A stretch of DNA of 64,000 nt from an uncultured Nitrospiraceae bacterium (GTDB taxonomy: Bacteria; Nitrospirota; Nitrospiria; Nitrospirales; Nitrospiraceae): contig CAVPLT010000007.1 in NCBI GenBank assembly GCA_963706325.1, positions 448,001 to 512,000 of the forward strand, read 5' to 3'. The translations under genes were made by a program, and so were the position numbers. The first letter of the stretch is position 1. Every line of letters begins with the position of its first letter. Below, piece by piece: positions 9,354 through 18,431 of the stretch. The notes beneath the pieces are model-generated. The model was not told the origin of the DNA, did no database searches, and worked only from the letters and a program-made list of their open reading frames with translations.

Positions 9354-10700
9354 ATGGAGAGCGCACTGCTTTACGACCGTCTGCAGTTTGCCGTGACGTC
9401 GACCTTCCATTATCTCTTTCCGCAGTTGACCATGGGGCTGGCCCTCCTGCTCATGTATTTTCGGACCATGGACCTCCTGAGTCATCACGACCACTACCAT
9501 CATGCTGCGCGCTTCTGGACCGGCATCTTTGCCTTGAGTTTCTCCTTCGGCGTCGTGACGGGCATTCCGCTGGAGTTTCAATTCGGTACCAACTGGGCAA
9601 AATTCTCCAACTATGCCGGCGGCATCATCGGGCAAACGCTCGCCATGGAAGGGGTGTTTGCGTTCTTCCTGGAGTCGTCTTTCTTGGGTGTCCTGTTGTT
9701 CGGTGAGGGCCGGTTCAGCCGTAGGACGCAATGGTTCGCCGCGCTGATGCTGTTCCTCGGTTCCTGGCTATCCGGCTATTTCATTTTGGCGACGAATGCC
9801 TGGATGCAACATCCTGTCGCCTATGCTGTGGCTGAGAACGGCCGACTCGTGGTGGATAGTCTCATGGGATTGCTGACCAACCCCTGGCTTCCGTGGCAGT
9901 TCGCCCATAACATGACCGCGGCGGTCGTTACGGGATCGTTCGTGATGGCCGCGCTGGGCGCATTTTACGTCTTATCAGGTCAGCACCTGGCTCAGGCCAA
10001 AACGTATCTCCGGACCGGGGTGGTCGCTGGAGCGATCGCATCCCTGCTCATGATTACACCAACGGGACATGAAAATGCGCGGCAGGTGTTCGAGTATCAG
10101 CCGATCAAGGGCGCCGCCCTCGAAGGGCTCTTCCGCAGCGAGCGTGGCGCCGATATTTTGCTGATCGGCCAGCCGAACACGGAAACCATGACGATCGACA
10201 ATCCGCTCATGGTGCCTTCGGCGCTCAGCCTGCTTGTCTATTATGATCTCTATGCGAAGGTGAAGGGGCTGGATGCCTTTCCCCGGAAAGACTGGCCCGA
10301 TAACATTGCGCTGCTCTACTACTCCTATCACATCATGGCCGGACTCGGGACCATCCTGGTGGGCGTGATGGGACTCGCGCTGATCTGGTTATGGCGGGGA
10401 CGACTATTCCGAGCGAATTGGTTGCTCTGGTTGCTGATGCTCAGCGCGCCCTTTCCCTACATTGCGACGACGGCTGGCTGGATGACGACGGAAGTCGGCC
10501 GTCAACCGTGGCTGGTCTATGGCCTGCTTCGCACCGCCGATGGAATTTCTCCGCTGGTTCATTCGGGAAATGCGCTCTTCACGTTGATTGGGTTTCTCGG
10601 ATTGTATTTGTTTTTGGGTCTGCTGTTTTTGTTCCTACTCGCCGAGACCATTCGACATGGACCCCCAGAGGCCAGTCCGGCAGTGACCTCGCCTATCTAA
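9354..10700 (+). CDS. cydA: Cytochrome bd ubiquinol oxidase subunit I (short Q-loop)
   Basis: RLQFA...FHYLF, GVVTGIPLEFQFGTNW, NAWMQHP, QPIKGAALEG, YHIM, TEVGRQPW. Confidence 0.96.
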   Translation: MESALLYDRLQFAVTSTFHYLFPQLTMGLALLLMYFRTMDLLSHHDHYHHAARFWTGIFALSFSFGVVTGIPLEFQFGTNWAKFSNYAGGIIGQTLAMEGVFAFFLESSFLGVLLFGEGRFSRRTQWFAALMLFLGSWLSGYFILATNAWMQHPVAYAVAENGRLVVDSLMGLLTNPWLPWQFAHNMTAAVVTGSFVMAALGAFYVLSGQHLAQAKTYLRTGVVAGAIASLLMITPTGHENARQVFEYQPIKGAALEGLFRSERGADILLIGQPNTETMTIDNPLMVPSALSLLVYYDLYAKVKGLDAFPRKDWPDNIALLYYSYHIMAGLGTILVGVMGLALIWLWRGRLFRANWLLWLLMLSAPFPYIATTAGWMTTEVGRQPWLVYGLLRTADGISPLVHSGNALFTLIGFLGLYLFLGLLFLFLLAETIRHGPPEASPAVTSPI

Positions 10701-10718
10701 GTGGAGAGTACGTTCGCG

Positions 10719-11768
10719 ATGGAAACCTTTTGGTACGGCGCCGTCACATTGATGCTGGCGGTGTATGTCGTGCTCGATGGATATGATTTTGGCGTCGGCA
10801 TGGTCTACCGCTTTGTGGCGCATACCGAAGAAGAGCGACGTATGACTCTGGCTGCAATCGGCCCGGTCTGGACCGGCAACGAAGTGTGGTTGATCGCTGC
10901 GGGAGGCGCGCTGTTTCTCGCTTTTCCTCGAGCCTATGCCGCAGGCTTCAGCGGTTTCTACTTGGCCTTAATCATCGTGCTCTGGTTGTTTATGGGTCGC
11001 GGCCTCGCCATTGAGTTACGCGCCCATGTAGACCATCTCCTGTGGAGACAATTTTGGGATGTCATTTTCACCGCCTCCAGCACCTTGCTCGCAGTTGTGT
11101 TCGGCATCGCGCTGGGCAATCTCATTCGCGGGGTGCCCTTAAATGCGGAGGGCTATTTCTTTGTGGCATTGTGGACCGACTTTCTTCCAGGCCATGACCC
11201 AGGCATTCTCGATTGGTTCACCTTGCTGCTGGCAATGGCCAGCGCCGTACTCCTGACCGGGCACGGGGCCAACTATCTGGCCATGAAAACCACAAATGGG
11301 TTGCAGGCCAGGGCCCGACGCGTCGCACGTTTCAGCGGATATGTCGCGGTTCCAGTGGTCGCTCTCATTCTGCCGGCCCTTTCATTGGTCCAGCCGTCTT
11401 TTAAGCTGAACTATGATGCCCATCCGATCGGATATGTGTTGCCTCTGATCGGTCTAGCCGCCCTGGCGGGCATGTTGATCTTCAGAGCGCGAGAATGGGA
11501 CGTGGCCGCATTGGCGTCATCAAGTGTGTTGCTACTGGGGTTATTGGCCAGCACGGCCTGGGGATCTTATCCCAACATTCTGATTGCCACGAGCGACCCG
11601 GCGAAAAGCTTGACGATCACGAATGCCTCAGCTGGGAGCTATGGCCTGCAAGCCGCACTGTGGTGGTTCACAATCGGAGTGGCGGTCGCGATTATCTACC
11701 AAATCTTCATTCACCGCTTGTTCTGGGGTCCTGTCAAACCGGATCCGCATGATTTTTCCGCCCACTGA
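10719..11768 (+). CDS. cydB: Cytochrome bd ubiquinol oxidase subunit II
   Basis: YVVLDGYDFGVG and GPVWTGNEVWLI motifs; follows cydA. Confidence 0.95.
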   Translation: METFWYGAVTLMLAVYVVLDGYDFGVGMVYRFVAHTEEERRMTLAAIGPVWTGNEVWLIAAGGALFLAFPRAYAAGFSGFYLALIIVLWLFMGRGLAIELRAHVDHLLWRQFWDVIFTASSTLLAVVFGIALGNLIRGVPLNAEGYFFVALWTDFLPGHDPGILDWFTLLLAMASAVLLTGHGANYLAMKTTNGLQARARRVARFSGYVAVPVVALILPALSLVQPSFKLNYDAHPIGYVLPLIGLAALAGMLIFRAREWDVAALASSSVLLLGLLASTAWGSYPNILIATSDPAKSLTITNASAGSYGLQAALWWFTIGVAVAIIYQIFIHRLFWGPVKPDPHDFSAH

Positions 11769-12282
11769 TCTTTCGTATGCTTTGCCCGCTCTACTGACAA
11801 AGTGAAAGTGAATCACCAGTTGCGCAAGGGATAATTTGCCGTAAAGAAACCGGCCTGCTGATTCAATCGGTGTTGATGAAAAAGGATTGCCTCCATGCTG
11901 CGACTGTCCCGGCGCTATTCCTCACTGCTCTTAGTGGAAAGCTCGTGCTTTCCGCGCGACAGATGGCACCGATCGCCTCCAAAGCTCGACCGGGCAGGAT
12001 CGGCGCCTGATAACGCCACCGGGCTCCATGAGCTGAACGTATTGTTGGATATCTGAAGCATTTCCCCGCGCCTGGCCTTTATTCTTTCCTGCTCACCGGC
12101 TAATCCTGCCACCGCACCTGTCATCATTTTTGCAGGATTTGCCTTCACCTACCAAAGTTTTTCGCTCTGCCCATCTTCGGTGGAATAGGCCGTTCGGCAC
12201 TTGTCGCATACGCTTAATCTATCAAGCCATAAGCAAGTTGTCTCGCTGACACGGCAGTCCCACTTATGAAAAAAGGAGCAGC

Positions 12283-12618
12283 ATGGAAGAGGCTAACCAT
12301 TCCAAGTATCAAGGTGAGAAGGCCGTCGCAGTCAGCGTTCGGCTCAAACCGGTCGGTCAATCCGACCAGCCAGCCCTCGTGAACTATACCCATGTTGGAT
12401 TGGCTCAAGGTTTGGCCTATGTGGATTTCGGATTTTTGGAACCCGCCCTACTGAGTGCCGTCATTCAGCGCGTACAGCAGGGTGAGGCACTACCCCAGCA
12501 CCTTGAGGGGGCCAGAGGTGCGCGCGTGGCGCTTCCACTCGACGCACTTGTGCGTCTGCATCAGCAACTCACTCAGGTTGTGAAGGGCCTCCAACGCACC
12601 CCCACCGCCCAGTCGTAA
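12283..12618 (+). CDS. DUF3467-like hypothetical protein, first gene of the T1SS operon
   Basis: AAGGAG RBS; N..HV....AYVDFGF..P...ARVALP..ALVRL pattern; ends 24 nt before hlyB. Confidence 0.7.
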   Translation: MEEANHSKYQGEKAVAVSVRLKPVGQSDQPALVNYTHVGLAQGLAYVDFGFLEPALLSAVIQRVQQGEALPQHLEGARGARVALPLDALVRLHQQLTQVVKGLQRTPTAQS

Positions 12619-12642
12619 TTCATCCTCAGACGAAACGAGCCC

Positions 12643-14790
12643 ATGGACGCACCCGCCCACGAATCGACCTCGTCTGCCCCGGATACTGGCCTCCACTGTC
12701 TCTTGTTACTAGCGCGGTTTCACGGCCTGGCGGCCGACGGTGCACAGTTGCGGCATCAGTTCGGAGAAACCGGACAGCCGCTCACGCAACGTGAGTTGCT
12801 GCGTGCCGCCAAACATGTGGGGCTCAAAGCTGGACGGGTCACGGCAACCTGGGGCCGCTTAACCGATAAGCCGCTTCCGGCCATTGCAGTCTGCGCCGAC
12901 GGGCATTGCGTACTTCTGGCGAAAGTAGAGGCAGAGCGGGTACTCCTCCATGACCCGCAGCATCTGCAGCCGACCATCCTAACTAAAGAACGCTTCGAGG
13001 CAATGTGGACCGGAGAATTGCTCCTGGTCACCACACGTGCAGGTATGCGTCCAGAGGATATTGCCTTCGGCTTCAGCTGGTTCATCCCGGCGATCGTCAA
13101 ACACCGGCGGTTGCTCGGCGAAGTGCTGCTCGCCTCCTTCTTCGTGCAACTCTTCGCCTTCGTCACCCCGCTCTTCACCCAAGTGGTCATCGACAAGGTG
13201 CTTGTGCATAAAGGCTTCACGACCCTGCATGTCATGGCGGTCGGTATGATCGCGTTGGCTCTATTCGATGGGTTGTTGAGTGGCCTGCGGACCTATCTCT
13301 TTGCGCATACCAGCAACCGGATCGACGTGGGCCTTGGGGCGCAACTCTTTCGTCATGTCCTCGCGCTGCCCCTGGCCTATTTTGAAGCGCGCCGAGTGGG
13401 AGACACCATTGCGCGAGTGCGCGAGCTCGAGCAGATCCGCCAGTTTCTGACGAGCAATTCCGTGACCGTCATGCTCGATGTTTTGTTTGGCGCGGTGTTT
13501 CTTCTAGTCATGTGGTGCTATAGCTCGACCCTGACCCTGGTCGTTCTCGCCTCCCTGCCGCTCTATGCAATCCTGTCGGTGGCGATCACCCCGCTGATCC
13601 GTACCCGTCTTAACGAGAAATTCAATCGCGGAGCCGAAAATCAATCCTTCCTCGTCGAGACCATCAGCGGCATTCAGACCGTGAAGGCCCTCGCGGTCGA
13701 GCCTCCTCTACAGCGCCGATGGGATGAACAGCTGGCCGGGTACGTCAGCGCCAGCTTCAAGGCGACAAACGTGATCACGATTGCAAGCCAGATTGCCTCC
13801 TTTATCCAAAAGAGCACGACCATTGGAATTCTGTGGATCGGCGCCTATCAGGTCATCGGGGGGGATCTGAGTATTGGGCAGCTCATTGCCTTCAACATGC
13901 TGGCCGGTCAGGTGACAGGACCGCTCCTGCGACTGGTGAATCTATGGCAAGAGTTCCAGCAGGTGGGCATTTCGGTGCAACGGTTGGGGGATGTGCTGAA
14001 CACCAGGCCGGAGCTCTCTTCTAATTCCACGCGTACGACACTCCCACAGGTGGCCGGCCAGATTACCCTGGAGGACGTCACTTTTCGCTATCGACCAGAT
14101 AGCCGGGAAGTCCTCCACCAGGTCTCGCTCATCATTCAACCGGGGCAGGTCATCGGCATCGTCGGTCGGTCCGGATCTGGCAAGAGCACCATCACCAAAC
14201 TGATTCAACGTCTGCATGTTCCTGAACGTGGCCGAGTCATGGTCGATGGCGTCGATCTGACGCAAGTGGATCCAGCCTGGTTGCGTCGGCAAGTCGGGGT
14301 GGTGATGCAGGAAAATTTTCTTTTCAACCGTTCCGTACGAGACAACATCTCCTTGACCGATCCGGGGCTCTCGATGGACCGCGTCATCCAGGCAGCGAAG
14401 TTGGCAGGCGCCCACGAGTTCATTCTTGAATTGCCTGAGGGGTATGACACGCTGGTCGGAGAGCATGGCTGTTCGCTGTCCGGCGGCCAGCGCCAGCGCA
14501 TTGCCATTGCGCGTGCGTTGATCGCCAATCCACGGATTCTCATCTTCGATGAAGCCACCAGCGCATTGGACTATGAGTCGGAAGCGATCATTCAGCAGAA
14601 CATGGCGCAGATCTGCAAAGGCCGCACGGTCATCATCATTGCCCATCGTCTCAGCACCGTACGTCCTGCGCATCGGGTCTATGTCATCGATCAAGGGCAA
14701 CTGGTGGAGCAAGGCACGCACGAGGATTTGCTGAAACGACAAGGCATGTATCACCGCCTCCATGCCCATCAGGAAGGGAAAGCCGCATGA
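12643..14790 (+). CDS. hlyB: Type I secretion ABC transporter, HlyB family, with C39-like domain
   Basis: N-terminal C39-like domain with DTG in place of catalytic DCG; QVVIDKVLVH, Walker A GRSGSGKS, LSGGQRQR, ILIFDEAT. Confidence 0.95.
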   Translation: MDAPAHESTSSAPDTGLHCLLLLARFHGLAADGAQLRHQFGETGQPLTQRELLRAAKHVGLKAGRVTATWGRLTDKPLPAIAVCADGHCVLLAKVEAERVLLHDPQHLQPTILTKERFEAMWTGELLLVTTRAGMRPEDIAFGFSWFIPAIVKHRRLLGEVLLASFFVQLFAFVTPLFTQVVIDKVLVHKGFTTLHVMAVGMIALALFDGLLSGLRTYLFAHTSNRIDVGLGAQLFRHVLALPLAYFEARRVGDTIARVRELEQIRQFLTSNSVTVMLDVLFGAVFLLVMWCYSSTLTLVVLASLPLYAILSVAITPLIRTRLNEKFNRGAENQSFLVETISGIQTVKALAVEPPLQRRWDEQLAGYVSASFKATNVITIASQIASFIQKSTTIGILWIGAYQVIGGDLSIGQLIAFNMLAGQVTGPLLRLVNLWQEFQQVGISVQRLGDVLNTRPELSSNSTRTTLPQVAGQITLEDVTFRYRPDSREVLHQVSLIIQPGQVIGIVGRSGSGKSTITKLIQRLHVPERGRVMVDGVDLTQVDPAWLRRQVGVVMQENFLFNRSVRDNISLTDPGLSMDRVIQAAKLAGAHEFILELPEGYDTLVGEHGCSLSGGQRQRIAIARALIANPRILIFDEATSALDYESEAIIQQNMAQICKGRTVIIIAHRLSTVRPAHRVYVIDQGQLVEQGTHEDLLKRQGMYHRLHAHQEGKAA

Positions 14791-16190
14791 GGAGGCCGAG
14801 CATGATGCGATGGTGGGAGGTCTGGTCTACGGCCTGGGAAGCGGAGAGACGACAGACGGCTACGGCCCCAGCGTCGGGGAGATCGGTCGAGTTTCTGCCA
14901 GCGGCGTTGGAGATTCAAGTTGCACCCCCATCCCCGATCGGGCGGGCGATTCTCTGGACGATCATGGCGCTTCTTACCGTCTCCGTAGTCTGGGCCTCGG
15001 TCGGGCAGATCGACATCGTGGCGACCGCGCAGGGGAAAATTATCCCCAACGGATATTCGAAAGTGGTCCAGCCTTATGAAACTGGAGTCATTGCCGCGAT
15101 TCGTGTTCAGGACGGTCAGGTGGTGAAGCAGGGCGAGGTGCTGATTGAAATGGACCCGACGCAAAATCAAGCGGACCGTGACCGTGCCTCCAATGAGTAT
15201 CGCGCCACCAAGGTCGAGGCTGCCCGCCTCCAGGCCCTTGTCGCGGGAGCAGCCACGTTTGTGGCGCCGCCGGATAGCGATCCCCAATATGTCCGACTCC
15301 AGCAACAACTGCTTCGTGATCAACTAGACGAGTTTCAGGCACGAGTCGATGCGACCCAATATATCATCACGCAACGGATGGCGGCGATTGATGCGACCAG
15401 GGAGAATGTTCAGCGGCTCTCGGCGACGCTACCGATGGAAACGGAGCGGGCTACCGCCTTCAAACGGCTGATGGAGCGGGATGCCATCACCAAGCTTGAC
15501 TATCTCCAAGCGGAAGGGCAGCGGATCGATAAGTTACAGGAATTGGCCGGGCAACAGCACAAGCTTCGTCAGGATCAGGCGGCCTTGGCGGAAGCCGAAA
15601 AGAATCGGCGGGCACTGATCTCGGAATTCCAGCAGACAAAACAATCGGAACTCTCAACCCTCGAAACCAAAGCGGCCTCCATCTCACAGGACGTGACCAA
15701 GGCCAGACAGAAGGCGGAACTGCAACGACTCATCAGTCCGATCGATGGCGTGGTGCAGCAGCTGGCGGTGCATACGGTCGGGGGTGTTGTGACGCCGGCG
15801 CAACCGTTGCTCATCGTGGTGCCGCAGGACCATCCAGTGGAAGTCGAAGCGCAGCTGGAAAACAAAGATGTCGGGTTCGTCAAGGAGGGGCAGTCCGCTG
15901 AAATCAAGATCGAAACCTTTCCCTTCACCCTCTACGGCACCATCCCCGGTACCGTGCTCACTGTATCAGATGATGCCGTCCCCATTGATAAAAACAAGCC
16001 TGCGGATGGTTTGGTCTTCGCCACGCGGGTGAATCTCGCGAGTGGGACGATTCTTGTGGAGGGCAAGAGCGTGCATCTGTCCCCTGGCATGGTTGTAACC
16101 GTCGAAATCACGACCGGTCGGCGGCGCGTGATTGAGTACCTATTGAGTCCTGTTCTCAAGTCGTTGCAAGAAAGCTTGAGGGAACGGTAA
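14787..16190 (+). CDS. hlyD: Type I secretion membrane fusion protein, HlyD family
   Basis: EFLPAALE, ATAQGKIIP, SPIDGVVQQL, LSPGM..TVEITTGRRRVIEYLLSP; ATGA overlap with hlyB. Confidence 0.95.
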   Translation: MRRPSMMRWWEVWSTAWEAERRQTATAPASGRSVEFLPAALEIQVAPPSPIGRAILWTIMALLTVSVVWASVGQIDIVATAQGKIIPNGYSKVVQPYETGVIAAIRVQDGQVVKQGEVLIEMDPTQNQADRDRASNEYRATKVEAARLQALVAGAATFVAPPDSDPQYVRLQQQLLRDQLDEFQARVDATQYIITQRMAAIDATRENVQRLSATLPMETERATAFKRLMERDAITKLDYLQAEGQRIDKLQELAGQQHKLRQDQAALAEAEKNRRALISEFQQTKQSELSTLETKAASISQDVTKARQKAELQRLISPIDGVVQQLAVHTVGGVVTPAQPLLIVVPQDHPVEVEAQLENKDVGFVKEGQSAEIKIETFPFTLYGTIPGTVLTVSDDAVPIDKNKPADGLVFATRVNLASGTILVEGKSVHLSPGMVVTVEITTGRRRVIEYLLSPVLKSLQESLRER

Positions 16191-16195
16191 GGCCG

Positions 16196-17542
16196 ATGCC
16201 ACGCGTGGGATTCATAGTCGGACGGGTTTTCCTCGTCGCGATCCTAATGGTGTTCGCGACTCCCCATGAGGCGAAGGCCACCGAGGTTGAGCAGGCGACG
16301 AAGATTCCCGTGTCTGAAATTCATTTAAGTCTCCGCGCCGCAATGGCTGCGGCAGCCCAACAGAATCCCTCGGTCCTTCTGTCAAAAGAACGGATCGAAG
16401 CGTCCAGAGGTGACGTCACGACCCAGCTGGGCGCTATGCTTCCAAACCTCTCAGCCAATGTTCGGCAAAGCCAACAGACACAGTTCCTCGGCACGTTCGG
16501 CCTTGCAGCGGTCCGGACCGAGCCATTCAGCATTTTTGATGCGCGCGTGAGTGCTTCGCAGAACCTTTTCAGTCTTAGTCTGATCCAGCGCTGGCGTGCG
16601 TCGCGGGAGGCCCTACAGGTTGCTGAGTTCGACGCCCAAAGCAGCCGGTTCGATACGATGGCCAGCACGGGGTTGGCCTATCTCGAAGGGGTAAAAGCGG
16701 CCACCGCCTTAGCCATGCGGCAAGCCAATCAGCAATTGATCCGAGAATTGTTGTCGACCACGAAGGTTCGGCGGCACGAAGGGGCCGCGACCGGATTGGA
16801 GGTTGCGCGATTGGAAGGGCAATTGGCCAACGAGCAGCAGCAGGTCGTGGCAGCACAGGCTGACCTCGAGCGAGCCAAAAACACCCTCGGAAATCTCTTG
16901 GGCCTCACGTTTGAAGTCCGGATGACGCTGACTGACCACTTACAACCCCAGGTTCCAGAGGCCGCAGCGGCGCAGGCAGCCTGGGAGCAGGCTGTCACCA
17001 ACCGTGCCGAAGTGCAGGCACAGGCGAAACGGATCAAGTCGGCGGAACTCAGCTATTCCTCCGTGACCGGGGAGCGTCTGCCGTCTTTGGTGGCACAGGG
17101 GGACACCGGCCTGATCGGCAATCGATGGAACAATAGCCTGGATACCTACAATATGGCACTCTTGCTGCAAATCCCATTGTTCGATGGAGGCCAGCGAGAG
17201 GGACGAATCAGCACGGCCCGAAGTCAGGTGCGGCAGGAGGCCCTTCGGATGCAGGTGGTGTTGAATCAGGTGCGGGCCGAGGTCAATGAGGCCCGAATCG
17301 CATTGGCGGCGGCCAGAGACAAGGCGGCGCTGGCCCAGGCCGGATTACAGGCGGCGACGAAAGAAACGGCATTGGCGAAAGAACGCTACGCCATCCTGAC
17401 CGCCGCCAGCCAGTTCGACGTGATCACCGCCATCACGTCGATGGCGCGAGCCCGGGAGAATCTCGTTGGAGCCTTGTTTGAGCTGAACGCCGCTCGCGTG
17501 AACTATGCGCGGGCGACTGGGGCGTTGGAGTCGTTGAGCTAG
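16196..17542 (+). CDS. TolC-family outer membrane channel
   Basis: Signal peptide, helical OEP repeats, LQIPLFDGG, C-terminal ARATG; same operon as hlyBD. Confidence 0.9.
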   Translation: MPRVGFIVGRVFLVAILMVFATPHEAKATEVEQATKIPVSEIHLSLRAAMAAAAQQNPSVLLSKERIEASRGDVTTQLGAMLPNLSANVRQSQQTQFLGTFGLAAVRTEPFSIFDARVSASQNLFSLSLIQRWRASREALQVAEFDAQSSRFDTMASTGLAYLEGVKAATALAMRQANQQLIRELLSTTKVRRHEGAATGLEVARLEGQLANEQQQVVAAQADLERAKNTLGNLLGLTFEVRMTLTDHLQPQVPEAAAAQAAWEQAVTNRAEVQAQAKRIKSAELSYSSVTGERLPSLVAQGDTGLIGNRWNNSLDTYNMALLLQIPLFDGGQREGRISTARSQVRQEALRMQVVLNQVRAEVNEARIALAAARDKAALAQAGLQAATKETALAKERYAILTAASQFDVITAITSMARARENLVGALFELNAARVNYARATGALESLS

Positions 17543-17862
17543 CGTCATGTAAAACGCAGTTGAACCATATAATGGACCGGCATTCGATTGCCATAACTTG
17601 GTAGATAGATTAGGAAAAAATAAGGAGTAACTTTAGAATCATACGTAGGAGTGTAACTGATCCTGTTTCAGCAGCTTCCACAACGCGTTGGCAATCGCAT
17701 TGGTCGCATATAGGATTTCATGTGGTCATGGCCTGCATCGCAATGCCAAGGCACTAATCCTTCATGACAGCCGGTAAGATCAACATACAGGCATGTCGGA
17801 CGGGAAAGGCACTAGAAATGATTTCTCACACACCCTTCTTTCTTACATGAAAGGTGGCACAG

Positions 17863-18406
17863 ATGATCGCGATCTCACTTTTCATTGGACTGATGCTGTA
17901 CAGCTTTTTTGCATGGTTCACCATTCGAGTGGTGGGAAGGGTGGCATTATTTTGCGCATTCGCTGCTACAACCAAGAGAGTCTTGCAGATCATTTGCGCG
18001 ATGGTCTTCCTGTTAGTGCCGACGTGGGACATCATTCCAAGTCGGCTGTACTTTAAGCATCTATGCGAGCATGAGGCCGGTGTTAAGGCTTTCAAAATAG
18101 TGGAGATTGATAAGTCTTATTTTAAGCAAGATGGAAAGCCTGACGATAAACAGCTCCTTGAGCATTACGCCCAATTTAGTAAGCATGATCCTAGATTTTC
18201 ATCCTGGGCGCATATCACCAAAATAGAAGGGGCCATTCAGGATAAGCAAACCAACGAATTACTTGGGACAGTAACGGATTTTGTCTATTACGGCGGTTGG
18301 TTTGGATCGCGCATCGATCCCATGTCTCCAGTGACTTGCCCAAGATTTCCTAGGATGCACATCGTTGCACGACCTCATCTGGCAAGCGGTTTTCAAGCAA
18401 AAGTAA
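17863..18406 (+). pseudogene. Membrane-anchored hypothetical protein (putative immunity protein) with an apparent +1 frameshift near 18342
   Basis: Two N-terminal TM segments, then LVPTWD...LYFKHLCEHEAG and YYGGWF. As written it runs to 18498 and overlaps the RTX start by 67 nt. Removing one base gives ...TCPDFLGCTSLHDLIWQAVFKQK* at TAA 18404-18406. Confidence 0.6.
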
Positions 18407-18431
18407 GTGTACCTTATCAAAAGGAATTTAG

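Noticed and set aside
12061..12150. c-di-GMP-I riboswitch suggested by GGCAAA on the minus strand
   Set aside because: The GAAA tetraloop and second-stem pattern are missing, and no minus-strand gene follows.
12643..13050. Bacteriocin-processing C39 peptidase exporter
   Set aside because: The catalytic Cys position reads Thr (DTGLHC), I saw no double-glycine precursor nearby, and an RTX substrate is present.
13942..14769. Long antisense and alternative-frame ORFs (e.g. 13942-14769, 35843-36697, 44731-45783, 47808-48872)
   Set aside because: They are shadows of well-supported genes in GC-rich DNA and show no recognisable motifs.
17688..17704. Sigma54 promoter upstream of the immunity-like gene (TTGGCAATCGCATTGGT)
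   Set aside because: The -12 element reads GG instead of GC and no enhancer was recognised.
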